A stretch of DNA of 64,000 nucleotides from Lama guanicoe (Eukaryota), in the NCBI GenBank assembly GCA_013239625.1, contig MU053365.1:1398115-1462114 (forward strand), read 5' to 3'. Positions within the stretch are counted from its first letter, which is position 1; each line of letters starts with the position of its first letter. Of the stretch, positions 12,881-26,060 are shown in pieces. Below the pieces are notes generated by a model that was not told the DNA's origin, searched no databases, and saw only the letters and a list, made by a program, of their open reading frames with translations. The position numbers and the translations under genes were made by a program.

Positions 12881-14166
12881 CAGAGTGGCATAGATACTAG
12901 GCCCAAAGATGGCATCTGTCCATGCTGCTCTGCCCTGAAATGTACTTCTTCCTATCTTGTTTTCAGTCATCCTCACTCCTCCATGCTGCTACCTGTTGAG
13001 ATGTTTCTTTCTCATCAATTCCTATTCCCCGGCTTAAAGTTCCTGTTCTGTGTGCTGAGAGTGGCCTTTCACTGAAGTTCTGAGGCCCTTCCAGATCCAT
13101 TACACTGTGGGCTGCAGGGAACTTATGAATCATTTCCCACATGCCACAGGGATTTACAGGGATTCTGTGAGGCCCATCTGCTATGTGATACATGAATCCA
13201 TCTTTCCCTTCCTCTCCTGAGCCATCATGGTTTGAAGATGTCTCTGTGAGTCCTCCTACCTCCCAGGGCATGGGATACAGGGTCTTCTTAATCTTGATTC
13301 CAAAATTTATCTGGGAGTTCAATCACCTCCTGCTCCTGACTGGCTAGGACACCTCATCAGTGCGTGTCTGGCATTTTTTTTTTCCAACTGTTTCTCCTCT
13401 ATTCCATGCCCACCCTATCACTCACATGAAATCTTAAATATATTTGGGTGGGAAGGGTGAAATTCGTTTTAAGAGATGAATGTTATTATTTTCCTATTGC
13501 TTAGACCAAGGCCTTGTCTTCTGAGGCTCAAAAGACATAGGCTCTTGCAACCCAAGAAAAGTATTTCCCCTAAAGACTTCCTCTAAAGATTTCTTGAGTT
13601 TAGAAATCCTACTGAAGCTCAGCACTAGTCAGGTCTTTGTTTCTATATTCCCGTTCAAAGAACCTGTCCTTGGGCCACAAGTATGCAGTGTTCTAGCTGC
13701 CTGGGCTGGGAAAGGACCTTGGGGAACCAGGACGTGGAAGATCAGTTAGCAACAGTTTAATGTTTCATAATATTGCCCCACCACTAATGGAAGACTGGAC
13801 ATTAAGGCTAATCTTAGAGTTTTCCTTTGATGTAACCATTGTTGCCTGACTCAGTACTCTTCTTCCTCTTTGGCTAACCCTCCCTCATACATAGAGACCT
13901 CCATGTCCTTCTTTGTTAAGCTGCTCTAAGTAGTCACGGAGGGAAATGTTACAACATTCCTGAAATCCCAGTATCCCTTTTTATAGGGACATTGACTTGC
14001 AGTTCTGTTGAATTGGCCTTAGATCTACACTGCCAGGTTGATTTTCATTGTGGGTTACTCTTCGTGGAGGAAGAGAATTGATTCACCAGACCCTGCTGTG
14101 CCCTAGGATAGAGCATTTCCTTTACTGGATTCAGAGACTGTCTCCCTTTTCTTTGCTCCGTATTAT

Positions 14167-14520
14167 CTTTTAAAAATTTAGGTATAATGCACATATACCA
14201 TAAAATTAACCCTTTTAAAATACACAATTCAGTGGTTTTTAGTATATTCATAAGGTTGTGCGACTATCGCTACTCTCTACTTCCAGCACGTTTTGATCAC
14301 CACAAAAAGGAATCCTGTGCCCATTAGTAGTCATTCCCTGTTCTCCTGCCAGTACCTGACAAACATTAATCTACTCTCTGTCTCTATAGATTTGCCTATT
14401 CTGGACATTTAAGATTAATGGAATCCTACAATATGTTGCCTATTGCATCTGGCTTCTTTTAATTAGTGTAATATTTTCAAGTTTTATACATGTTGTAGTA
14501 TTTGACAATACATCATTCCT
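14167..14520 (-). mobile_element. L1MB7/8-like 3' end
   Basis: taccataaaattaacccttttaaaatacacaattcagtggtttttagtatattc...tttgcctattctggacattt. Confidence 0.85.
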
Positions 14521-14529
14521 TTTCCCCCC

Positions 14530-14775
14530 TCAGCTTTATTGAGGCATAATTGACAAATAAAATTATGTATATTTAAAGTGTATAGTGTGATGATTTGATA
14601 TATGTATACATGAGAAATGATTACCACAATCAAGTTAATTAATACATCTATCACCTCACATAGTTACCATTTTTTGTATATGTGATGAGAACACTTAAGA
14701 TGTACTCTCAGAAAATTTCAACTATACAATTCTATATAGGCAGTATGCTGAATATTAGATCTCTAGAACTTATCA
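14530..14775 (-). mobile_element. L1MA9-like 3' end
   Basis: cagctttattgaggcataattgacaaataaaattatg...atcacctcacatagttacc. Confidence 0.85.
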
Positions 14776-14799
14776 TTTTTCTCATCTCTTTAATTTCAC

Positions 14800-15648
14800 T
14801 TTTTCCAGCTTTATTGAGATATAATTGACATATGACATTGTGTAAGCTTAAATTGTGCAGTGTGTTGATTTGATATGCTTTTGCAAAATAATTACCATTA
14901 TAGCATTAGCCAATACTTCCATTATGTCACATAATTACCATTTCTTTTTTTGTGGTAAGAACATTTAAGATCTACATTCTTAGCAACTTTCAAGTATGTA
15001 ACAGTATTATTAACAGTAATCACAGAATTATACATTAGATTCCCAGAAATTATCCATCTTATAACTGGAAGTTGGTATCCTCTGACCAACACCTCCTCTT
15101 TTCCCCTACCTCCCCAGCCTCTGGTAATCACGACTGTACTCTCTGTTCCTATGAATTGGCTTTTTTAAACTTCGTGTATAAGTGAGATCATACAGTTTTT
15201 GTCCTTGTCTGACTTATTTCACTCAGCATAATGCCCTCCAGGTTCATCCAGTAGATCATGAAGGGCAGGATTTCCTTCCTTCTCGTGGCTGAATAATATT
15301 CCTTTATTTATTTGTGTGTGTGTGTGTGTGTGTTTAATCACATTTTTATTCCATTCATCTGTTGATAGACATTTAAGTTGCTTCCCTGTCTTGGCTATTG
15401 TGAATAGTGCTGCAGTGAACATAGGCATGCAGGTATCTCTTTGAGATACTGATTTCATTTCCTTTGGATGTATACTCAAAGGTGGGATTGCTGAATCATG
15501 TGGTAGTTCTATTTTTAATTTTGGGGGGACTTCCATACTGTGTTTCATAGGGGCTGCACCAGTTTACATTCCTTCCAACACTGCTCAAGGGTTTCTTTTT
15601 ATCCATACCCTTGCCACATTTTTTATCTCTTGTCTTTTTGATAGTAAC
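14800..15648 (-). mobile_element. L1MA-like 3' end with ORF2 C-terminal remnant
   Basis: ORF 15219..15548 (KLKIELPHDSAIPPLSIHPKE...MFTAALFTIAK) is the L1 ORF2 C-terminus; contains (TG)n at about 15313-15333. Confidence 0.9.
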
Positions 15649-15654
15649 CTTAAA

Positions 15655-16022
15655 AAAATTGGGTATAGTTGATTTTCAATGCAATATTTGTTGCAGGTCT
15701 ACAACATAGTGATTTGATTTTTATAGATTATACTCTATTTAAAGTTACTATAAAATGTTGGCTATATTTCCTGTGCTGTACATTATTACCTTCTTGTATC
15801 TTATTTATTGTATACCTAGTAGTTTGTACCTCTTAATCCCTTTCCCCTATCTTGCCCCTCCCCCCATTTCTCTTCCCACTGGTAACCACTAGTTTGTTCT
15901 CTGTCTGTGAGTCTATTTCTGTTTTGTTATACTCATTTGTTTTATTTTTTAGATTCCACATATAAGGTAAAACATACAGTATTTGTCTTTGTCTGACTTA
16001 CTTCACTTAGCATAATACCCTC
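15655..16022 (-). mobile_element. Artiodactyl-type L1 3' end
   Basis: Same subfamily as 8689-8876 (caacatagtgatt...ggctatatttcctgtgctgtaca...ttagattccacatataag). Confidence 0.85.
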
Positions 16023-17149
16023 TTGGTACTGCCTGGTTTTGTTGAGCCACCACCTGTTTCCTTGGGCATTTAGAGACACGGCCAATTCTTATAGTGCAAG
16101 GAGCTCATACAAAAAGGGACACCAAGGAATTTGCCTAAGGCAGCGGTGGAGTTAGAACTTATTAATAATTCAGTTACATGCTCCAGGTGAACTTGTATTT
16201 GTTGGAGACAATATCCATCATCACTTTAATTTCATGCCTCTGGGACTAGGTAGTCCATATATGTAATTACTGAGGCTGTTACCATGCCATGTTTCTGAAA
16301 TGACAATTTACCACCAAGGACTTAATGTAAATTATTTGGTTCAGTTGATTATATATTTGAAAGCCTTTTTGCTGTACCATCATCTATTTGAACATTTTAA
16401 ATGAGATTCTGTATTTTCCCAGAGGACCAAAGTGTATTAAGGTATGTGTGCATGTATAATATATATTCTTTCAATACTCGATTCTCCCTGTCCAGGGACA
16501 ATGCTATTTAATCAACTTGATACAAAGATAGCTCTAGTATAGTGATAAAAATGAAATTTTCATAGATTTACATTTTGAGAACTTACTACTATTGTCAAGA
16601 AAAGCATAAATAATCAAGGTGACTGTATTCTCCTAAACACATGAATTGAACTTGCCATTTATAAGATGAAAGTAAAGAGTGACATACTACTAATGATTGA
16701 ACTATTATTATCAGCCATGATTAAATTTTATTAGAATTTGTACAAAGGCAATCTGGAATTAGCATGAACTTAATTTTTGAAGTATGATCAATTTCTATGT
16801 CATTGTAGATCATTAAAGATTCTTCTCTTTATATCTTTTGTTATAATTATGAAAGTAATTGAAAATTCATAATGCTTTAAGTTCCATTTTACAATAGTTA
16901 AGTTTATAGGTTAATTATTTTACTTTTTTCTCTTTTCATGTGAATAATGACTCTCAGATGTAATTTAACAGGCATTGTGCTAAGTAATGTTAATATGAAC
17001 TTAGATGTATTTTGAGTGCATGCATTAAACAGATAACTAAATGATATTGCTGCCAAGTTTGTTCACTTGCTACCTTAGGTTTTCATTGTTTATAAGGCAT
17101 AGGCACAAGACATTTATGAAAGTGATTTGTAAAGAGAAGTCTAGACTAA

Positions 17150-17463
17150 TGTGACTCTCAGTACCTCAGAATATGACTATATTTAAATTTCAAGAGGTAA
17201 ATATGTCAAAATGAAGTCACCAGAATGGGCCCAAATCCAATATGGCTTATAAGGAGAGGCGTTTAGGACACAAAGCCACACAGAGGGAAAACCACGGGAA
17301 GAAAGAGAGATAGGATGGCCATCTGAAGGCCAAGGAGAGTGTCCTTAGAAGAAACCAACCCTGCTGACACTTTGGTCTCCAGAATTGTGAGAAAATACAT
17401 TTTTGTTGTTTGAGCCACCCAATCTGTTGTACTTTATTATGGCAGCCCTACCAAACTAATACA
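17150..17463 (+). mobile_element. MLT1B-like solo LTR (ERVL-MaLR)
   Basis: cagtacctcagaatatgac...gaagaaaccaaccctgctgacac...ttatggcagccctaccaaactaataca. Confidence 0.85.
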
Positions 17464-17853
17464 ATAATATATCCATCAGTGACGTTTATGTATATTCAAC
17501 TGCATGGAATCCTATGACTAGATGTGTATATGGCCTTGCAGCTGCTAAATTTGGTTCAAGAAGCAAGACAGCTTAGGGTTTGCAGTCATTCTTAAATGGA
17601 AGATCATAGATTATCTGTAAATGTTATTTTGCTATTGTGGAGTAATCCTAGGGTATAAAAGAGCAGGGTCAAGGAAGAATCCAGTTGTTTTCTCAACGCT
17701 GATAGTCCACCTGTGAGAAGAGTGTCATCAAATTCTGCCTTAAGTGGGCTGGAGTTTGGGGAAGAGGCTGTGTTAAGATAGGCCACATCTGTTCTTGTTC
17801 TGTGTAGCCTTTTTGCTTCCACTGAATTCCATATGTCTAGCCAAATATGTGCA

Positions 17854-17856
<3 letters not shown>

Positions 17857-17888
<32 letters not shown>

Positions 17889-17912
17889 ATTTGTGTACGT
17901 GTGTGTATGTGT
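17857..17912. repeat. (GT)n-rich microsatellite
   Basis: Seen directly. Confidence 0.9.
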
Positions 17913-17964
17913 AATGGTAGTTTCCAACCTAAATTCTATACCAGCCAAATCATCAATTGAATGA

Positions 17965-18200
17965 CTTGGTGATAGAATATAAACATTTCAGAAATTCTAG
18001 GTCTTGAAAACTTTTACCTCCCATGTACTTTCTCTTAAGAAACTTTTGGAGACTGTTCTCCATCAAATTAGAGAGAAAATCAAGAGAGAGGAAAACATGG
18101 GATATAGAAAACAGAGGGCACCAGAAAAGGGTGAAGAGAATTCCAGGAGGATGCTAAGCAGAACTCCAGGATGACAGCTGTGCCCCTGATGTAAATGGTC
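17965..18200 (+). mobile_element. HAL1/L1 ORF1-like fragment
   Basis: tttacctcccatgtactttctcttaagaaacttttggagactgttctccatcaaa resembles the HAL1 3' region. Confidence 0.5.
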
Positions 18201-18822
18201 CCAATTAGAGCAATTTGACTCAAGATATGCTGCCCATATTGTACCCTCTTTTTAAACCTGAGGACAGAGTGTCCAGATGAGCCTAGTCTAGGTTCTTATA
18301 TGTTCTTGGCTTTACCATTTGCTGGTAAATTTTATGCTCTGCTGTCCAGGTCCTTCTGCCTAGATCAGCCAATGACACCATTTCATCCCACAGAGATGTT
18401 CTGTTCCCTCTCCAGGAATAACCTAAAAGCAAAAACTATAGAGCAGCCTACTTCCCCAGGCAGATCCCTGTTGGACATACAGCATCAGACCACATTACAG
18501 CTCTTTGTTTCTCATGTCTCATACATAACCTTGTTCATTGTTACCCCAGAAACAGCTCTTGTAAACTCTCAGTGGAGCCAAAGTTACACTGTATCCAGCT
18601 TACGTTTTCTTGAATTTCTTCATCAAACATTGGCAACACATCCTACTTTTTACAGCTAGGTTTGTGCTTTATACTTGGCTTTTCAAACAAAGCAGTATAT
18701 GGGGCTCACTTAGGTGTTGGGTGCTTGGGAGTTCGTATTATTAGTATTATTAATATGAGTATATTTTGTTAATATTTAATATTTATTAATATTTATTATT
18801 TATTAATATTTATTATTTAAAC

Positions 18823-19052
18823 TAGGGTTTTATAGACTTTGCCTATAAAGGGCCAGATAGTGAAGTAAATATTTTTGACTTTGTGGGTCGTATTGTCCCT
18901 GTTACAACTACTAAACTTTATTGTTATGGCATGAAAGCAGCTGAAGGTACTACATAAACAACTGAGTGTATTGTGTTCCAATAAAAGTTAATTGACAAAA
19001 ACAGACAGTGGGCTAGATTTGGCTAATGAGCTATAATTTACTGGCTCCTCTG
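18823..19052. mobile_element. MER58A (hAT-Charlie)
   Basis: taaagggccagatagt..aaatattttt...tgtgttccaataaaa...gggctagatttggc. Confidence 0.85.
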
Positions 19053-19206
19053 AAGTGCACATATATATTTTATATGCTCTTCTAAATGTGTGTTCCATTT
19101 AAAATATATATGTGTGTTCCATTAAAAAATGCATATATATATATATATATATATAAACAAACAAGAAACACCCCAAAATCCCAGGATGCCAGTATTCTCT
19201 CCATGG

Positions 19207-19822
19207 TTACTATGGTCTGAATATATATGTCCCCTCAAAATTCATATGTTGAAAATCAAATTTTCAAGGTGATAGTGTTAGGAGGAGGGGAACCTTTGGG
19301 AGGTGATTAGTTCACGAGGGTAGAGACCCCAGGAATCGGATTAGTGCCCTTAAAAGAGGTTTCAGAGAGCTTCCCTCTGCCGTCTGCCATGTGAGGATCC
19401 AAGAGGAAGTCTGTGACCTGGAAAAGGGCCCTCACTCAACCATGCTGGCACCTGTATCTCAGACTTCCAGCCTCCAGACTATGAGAAATAACTTTCTGTT
19501 GTTTATAAGCCATCTGTCTGTGGTACAGCCATCCCTTTGTATCAAAATCCACAGATGCTCAAGTCCCTTATATAAAATGACATAGTATTTGCATATAACC
19601 TGTGCATATCCTCCAGTATACTTTAAATCATCTCTAGACTCCTTATAATACCTAGTACACTGTAAATGCTACGTAAAATTGCCAGAGTACAGCAAATTCA
19701 AGTTTTTCTCCTTGGAACTTTCTGGATTTTTAAAAAAGTTTTGATCTGAGGTTGGCTGAATCTGCATATGCTGAACCTGAGGCTATGGAGGGCCTACTCT
19801 ATATTTTCTTGTAGCAGCCCGA
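19207..19822 (+). mobile_element. MLT1A0-like solo LTR interrupted by MER2
   Basis: ctatggtctgaat..tgtcccctcaaaattcatatgttgaaa...gacttccagcctccaga; the tail tattttcttgtagcagcccgaa resumes after MER2. Confidence 0.88.
19526..19799. mobile_element. MER2 (TcMar-Tigger) with TA TSD
   Basis: caaaatccacagatgctcaagtcccttatataaaatg...tactttaaatcatctctaga; TA on both sides. Confidence 0.88.
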
Positions 19823-19924
19823 ATTTCAACTCATTCTTCTTTCTATGTGTTTCCTTTTCCTTCTTTTATATTTTAGTTTGGTCTGTTGTCATATCACCTT
19901 TCTATTGTGATTTCTGGCATATGC

Positions 19925-20118
19925 CCCTATAGTAAGATGGATACTGGATTGAGAATCAGGAAAACCAGGTTCTACTCCACACTTTTAACACTGACTGGAA
20001 GTTAACTAGTTAAGTGAAAATGCCTTCCCACCTTTAGGTCTCAGTTTCCTCCAACATAGAATGAAAGATTGGACCAAACGGTTTCAGAGGCCATTTACAA
20101 CTCGAATAGTCTGTTATT
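19925..20118 (+). mobile_element. MIR3-like SINE
   Basis: tctcagtttcctc core and a ttggaccaaacggtttcagaggccatttacaactc tail. Confidence 0.7.
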
Positions 20119-21439
20119 TCAGATGTCTTAACCATGATTCAATTTCAGTCATTGACTCATGTACTTCCTCTCTCTCCCCCACTCTCCCCATCCCCCACAA
20201 AAAGAGTAGCTCAAGTCATGCGTGAACATTCTCTTGGGTTATTTCCATCTCCGTGTTCTATGTTAGAGGATTCCTATATCAATCATTGTTTTAGATCTCA
20301 GCATTCTGCATTTGTAAGGAATACAGTTTTTTTTAAACTGCACAGATGAACTCCCAGGTAAAGACTAGAGACTTAGCAACTGTACTGTCTTCAGAGAAGA
20401 ATTACTAAATCTATCCAGAGTCTGTCATAATATCCTAATGGTTGTATTATAATTTAAAGGCTTGTCAAGTAATCTATTGTAGAAATGCAATTTTAGGTGT
20501 TTATAAATCCCATAGTGCTGATACTTTTCACATTGGTTGTCAACTGCAGTATGAAATTTTATTTCTATAGGTTTAGACTTGTAGATGAGTTTTAGAAATG
20601 AGAAGATAAAAGTCTTTGGTTCATTGGTAGAGAGCTGGACCAAACCCAGGGAAGATTGAGTGGTCATTGATGAAGATTCATCTCTAAAGATGAAGATGTT
20701 CTGAGCAGGCTACCTGGGTAGTAGTTTGGAGGCAGCACATTTAAAATAAAATGCACAACACTTTTATGAAGGGAGCAATGGCAGTCAAATTTTTCTTCTA
20801 ATAAATGGGAATAAAAATATCAAATGAGAAGTTTGAGTGTAATTAGATTTTTATGCTGTTGAATCTTTCAGGTGATTATCTCAATGAGGGAAATCCTAAT
20901 GTATTCAATTTCATGCATATGCATGAATTGATTTCCCTTTCTCAGTTCCAGCAAATACGTAGGAAATAAGTGTAGATTCAGATTACACGCTGAGTAGTAC
21001 TGATGGGGGTAGCCTAGGAAAGTGAAGGGATTTTCAGCAAAGGAACGTGATTCATCCCAGTGAGCTGGACTTGCCAATAGTGGCTTAGAAAAGTACTGAT
21101 TGCTTAGGGAGATTCCAGGTCCCTGTTTCTCCCCTTCTCCTTACTCTCCCTCCATAATCTTCCAGTAAGCATGTGGTAGGTGCTCGATGAAGATTAGTTG
21201 ACTTGAATTCTCTTTAGATAGGCCTTCTTTGTTCAGAGGAGCATCTCCTCATCTTGAGCAGCTGTCATAGAGCAAGATGAATGTGCTTACCTAGGTCTGA
21301 ATTTAGTCACAACCTCTCTGTTTGAACCTGGCTATTTAATTCAAGTCACTGATTACAGAGCTTCTACTCTGTGTTAGGAATGAGACCAGAATAAATGAAG
21401 CTCCGGGTTTTGAGGTTATGAGAGGAATATTTCAGTTCA

Positions 21440-21995
21440 ATTCCATTTTATTCCATTCTAATAAATAGAAGTTTATTGAATGTATACTGTGAGTCAGACT
21501 GTGCTAGGCACACTGACTGTCAGTTACTCTTCAAAATATCATGGGAAGTGGTGTTTTTAGTTTTCCTGTTTTATAGGTAAACTTGGTGGGCCTAGGGTGG
21601 TTGCAAGCCTTATCAAAGTGATCCTACAAATAGTAACACATAGGGTGTGAATGAAATAAAAGTCTTTTGGCTCAAAACTCCATATTTTTTCCACTACACC
21701 AGACTAATCTGTTACAAGCCCTACTTCTTGGATACAATTAAAAAGCACCTCTTTAATTGGGCTCTTCACCCACTCTCAGAGCTGGGGAGGCCCCTCAAAT
21801 ATTGACCAGTGTTCAGCTTCCCTATTCCTGAGTCTGTCTCAGTACTGAGACTTGAGACTTAGGATGCACAGGACAAGATAGCTAATTTGCTTACTTTTCT
21901 TCCTTTGGAACAAGTTAATTTCTCTGGGCTTTGTTTTTTTTTAATTTCTATAATAAGTTTAACAAAACCACCCATATCACACAGGTACTATGAAT
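21440..21995. mobile_element. L2 tail and MIR fragments
   Basis: tttattgaatgtatactgtgagtcagactgtgctaggca; ccttggaacaagttaatttctctgggc-like core. Confidence 0.55.
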
Positions 21996-22059
21996 ATTCA
22001 GTATTTCAATTTCTTTAGATAAATCTGGCTTGACCACCGACCCTACCTAATCTAGGCCA

Positions 22060-22360
22060 GTTTGTTTGTTGATTGATTGATTCATTCACTCAGCATTTAT
22101 TAAGCATTTACATCAGGCAGTGTTCTTGATGCAAGGAGTTCAGCTGTGAATAAGACAGACACCGCTCCTGAAGTTTATGGTCTAAAGGGGAAGATAGGCA
22201 TGAGTCAAGCAATTATAATGAGATATGATAGCAGTAGATGGTGCTATGGGTTAGTCTAGGGGGCCCAGAAAGACCACTCCCTAGAGGAGGTGAAAATGTA
22301 AGCTAGCTGAGAACCAAAGGATAAAAGGAAGTTACCAGGTAAAGGGGGAGGAATGTAGAG
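22060..22360 (-). mobile_element. L2 3' end
   Basis: ttcattcactcagcatttattaagc...cagctgtgaataagacagaca. Confidence 0.8.
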
Positions 22361-23329
22361 CAGATTAAACATGTTGTTGGATATCTATGTAGAACTGTTA
22401 ACGGTGACAGACAACTGGTATTTTTAGCTATTTCCTCTCTACTTCTCCAGCTTCAGAAAAGTACAGTATGTAAGCTTCCTTCCCAGCTACAAAATCTTCA
22501 TAAGTCATTCAATTCTATCAGCCTCGGCTGTTGTCCTTGGCTACAAGGGAGCATGTGTAAGGATTAGTGTCTCTGCAGGAAGAAGTCCCTACTCTAATTA
22601 ATCAAGAAAAGCTCACCCTCAGCCACATCCATTCAGAGTTTTACACACTTATTATATTCAATTGGTTCTTGTATACTGTTAAAACCATCCACATCTCTCT
22701 TGTATGTTTAAAGACTGCTGGGAAACAAGTTCAATGGGAACTGTGGATAGGATGGAAGAGGTGGGGTAGCAATGGAGCTATCTACTAAATAAGGCAACTT
22801 TTCTCCTGAAGTTTTCGATTTGTGTGAATGTGGATAGTGTGGGTGATGTGTGAATAGATGTTTTCATCTCTTCTATGTGAGCTAGCATTCATTTACCCCA
22901 ACCTTCACAATTTCTCTTTTTCTTTTCTTTTCTTTTGACTCAGATTCTATCTACATCCCCAGGAGCAAAAGAAACTAATGATTACTACAAGGGTAGCCTA
23001 GTCAGCAGTCTCTTTTCTTGCTAGTGATTTTCCAGAAGCTTAAAATTGCACTCTGTGAGTTGGAGGCTGACGAGTAGTTTAAAAAAATAATAGATCATTT
23101 CCAAAATCTTTGAATAGTCTTAAAAAACACCATTGTCTCTTGGTTAAAATGTTACTAGGTTTTCTACATGATCTATGTGTTCTTTCCCTTCTGTTGTTCT
23201 GTCGGTTGAGTACCTGTCATCTGTAGCTTAATGGACCTATGACGCTTCTCTTATCTAGATTGCTGTGCACCAAAGGAGACTTTTTGATTCTTTGCACCCT
23301 TTGGCTCTCTGATTAGTACATTTATGCCT

Positions 23330-23520
23330 TTATTCAGTTATTCATCAAAATTTCTTGATTAAGTCTCTGGGGAGGTATTGGAGAGGCTCCAACAAGAAAA
23401 ATACTTGATCTCAGTTCCTAAGGGATGCAAAGGAAAGAGCACACACAAGCAGATAATTCACGAGGCAGTGTCATAAATAGTGTGATAGTGATGTGTACAA
23501 ATTGCTATGGGAGACAGCAG
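23330..23520 (-). mobile_element. L2 fragment
   Basis: attcagttattcatcaaaatttcttgattaag...aattgctatggga. Confidence 0.5.
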
Positions 23521-23869
23521 AGGGCTACTGTCTCTCAAGTTGCCAACAGTCCCTACAGGGGATGAGATTGTTGGACTCATATTCATTAAATCACCGTATC
23601 TAAGATTTCTGAATAACATTGTGACTGATGGTTGCAGCTCATCTAGTAAAACTATGGCCCTTGAGAACTGAAGCTGTACTTTCATGTATTCTGTGCCCTA
23701 ATGTCATGGTCACAAGAATTTTACAAAATAGTGGCCTTTGACTCAGGGATCACCAGCAAAAGCTCTGTAACCTGGACATTGCTCCCCACATTTTTCCCTC
23801 TCATTCAACAAGTGCCTAAGGGTAACCTTCATACACACCTCTTTTGTAGTTTTGGATGCATTTATTATA

Positions 23870-24445
23870 GTCTCAGCAATTTTAGCTTTTATCTTTGCTA
23901 CTTACCTTCTTTTTGGTTCATTCTGTGGTTTTCTAGTTTTATAGTTGAATAATTAGTTCATTGATATTAATTCTTTCTCTTTTTTTAAACAAAATATTTT
24001 GTCTATAAATTTTCCTGAGTATATCTTAGTTATATCCCATAGGTTTTGATATGAGCTATTTTTCTTTTTGTTAAGTTTTAGAACATTTATAACTTCAAGT
24101 TTTGTCTTCAATTTGATGTTTATCAGAGTGTGTCTTAATTTTTAAGTGGTGAAGTTATGGGGTCATCTCTGAATTGTTTATTTCTATATTTACAGGATTG
24201 TGGTCAGAGTATGTAAACTATATTTAAATTGGAGGGTCTATTTATGTTTTATTGTGGCCAGGTATATGATGAATTTTTATTCATGTTCCAATAACATAAA
24301 GAAAAATGTGTTGTTACTGTTTGTAAGGCATCTATCTATCTATCTATCTATACCTTTGTATGTCTCTCTGTGTATATGTGTATGTCTCTCTATACATATA
24401 TATATGCATTAAATTGATCTTTTTATTTATATTATTCAAATCTTT
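23870..24445 (-). mobile_element. Ancient L1M ORF2 fragment
   Basis: tataaattttcct...tatcccataggttttgatatg...attgtggtcagag. Confidence 0.65.
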
Positions 24446-24455
24446 TGTATATATA

Positions 24456-25318
24456 TTTTTACTGAAGTATAGTCAGTTTACAATGTTGTGTCAATTTCTG
24501 GTGTACAGCATAATGCTTCAGTGATACATGAACATACATATATTCATTTTCATATTGTTTTTCACCAGAAGTTACTACAAGATATTGAATATAGTCCCCT
24601 GTGCTATACAGTATGAACTCATTATTTATCTATTATATATATATATATTAGTATCTGAAAATCTTGAATTCCCAATTTATTCCTTCCCACCCCCTTCCCT
24701 TCCTAGTAATCATAAATTTGTTTTCTATGTCTGTGAGTCTGTTTCTGTTTTGTAAATAAGTTTGTTTGTCTTTTTTTTTTAGATTCCACATATAAGTGAT
24801 CTCATATGGTATTTTTCTTTCTCTTTCTAGCTTTCTTCATTCAGAATGAGGATCTCCAGGTCCACCCATGTTGCTGCAAATGGCATTATTTTATTCTTTT
24901 TAATGGCTGAGTAGTATCCCATTGTATAAATATAGCATAACTTCTTTATCCAGTCATCTGTCGATGGACATTTAGGCTGTTTCCATGTCTTGGCTATTGT
25001 AAATAGTGCTTCTATGAACATTTGGGTGAATGTATCTTTTTGAACTAAGGTTCCCTCTGGATATATGCCCAGGAGTGAGATTGCTGGATCATATGGTAAG
25101 TCTATTTTTAGTTTTTTGAGGAATCTCCATACTGTTTCCACAGTGGCTGCACCAAACTGCATTCCCACCAGCAGTGTAGGAGGGTTCCCTTTTCTCCACA
25201 GCCTCTTCAGTGTTTATGGTTTGTGGACTTTTGAATGATGCCCATTCTGACTGGTGTGAGTTGATACCTCATTGTAGTTTTGATTTGCATTTCTCTGATA
25301 ATCAGTAATATTGTGCAT
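24456..25318 (-). mobile_element. Young lineage-specific L1, 5'-truncated
   Basis: tttttactgaagtatagtcagtttacaatgttgtg 3' end; ORF 24827..25168 is the ORF2 C-terminus ([24 protein letters not shown]...WKQPKCPS). Confidence 0.93.
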
Positions 25319-25689
25319 TCGAATATTGTTATAAGGTTTTTTTTTTCATATGGCCTCTTCCCACTCCTATCCCCACCGACGCTCTTAGGTTTTTCATTTT
25401 TGCTGTCTTTGTAGAGGTGTTACTTAATGTGTTTAATTGCTATGCTACTTGTTGCATAATAATTTAGTCAAGTTTTATTAACTTTGTAGGTTACAGGTTT
25501 TATGATCAGAAAATTTCTCTCTGTCCAATTTAATACTTCAGGGCTTGAAGTCACTCTTTAACTGATATGTATATTGTCATTCTTTTCATTTGCGTTTGCC
25601 TGATATAACTTAACACATACTTTTATTCATTTTCTTTCTAATCTTTAAAAATATTAAGTTTTTGGAGATAGGTAATTAAAGCAGCGTCT

Positions 25690-26060
25690 GGCTAGATGCT
25701 CTTCCAACCTGGCTGCTCTTTCTGGGTCAATAGCTAGATGACATTTTTCCAGCACTCTTGTATTAAGATGGGATACAGGGCTGGTCTGATCAATAAAATG
25801 TGGACAGAAGTAATGTGTGTCACTTAAAAGTCTTGCCTTTAAAAGATGCCCTGTGATACTCTGTGTTCTCACTTTCTCTCTTTGTTCAAGGGGTAACTAA
25901 ACTTAGAGAATCCAATAAAGGACTTTGAGGCCCTAGTGGAATGCAGATAGAGGAGGAGGAAGCCTGAGGCTTACATGGAAAACTAAGAATATTACCCAAG
26001 TGGACTGTGACATGAGGGGATCTGAGGATTTTTGGTTATACTATTTAATCTATCTTAATC
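25690..26060 (+). mobile_element. MLT1J-like LTR
   Basis: aatgtggacagaagtaatgtgtgtcactt...gaagcctg...tggactgtgacatgag. Confidence 0.6.

Noticed and set aside
18740..18820. AT-rich quasi-repeats as a structured array
   Set aside because: Low-complexity (TTA/TAAT) sequence without regular spacers
24430..25335. TSD for the young L1 at 24456-25318
   Set aside because: Only a loose attcaaatcttttgtata / attcgaatattgttata similarity, too degenerate to call
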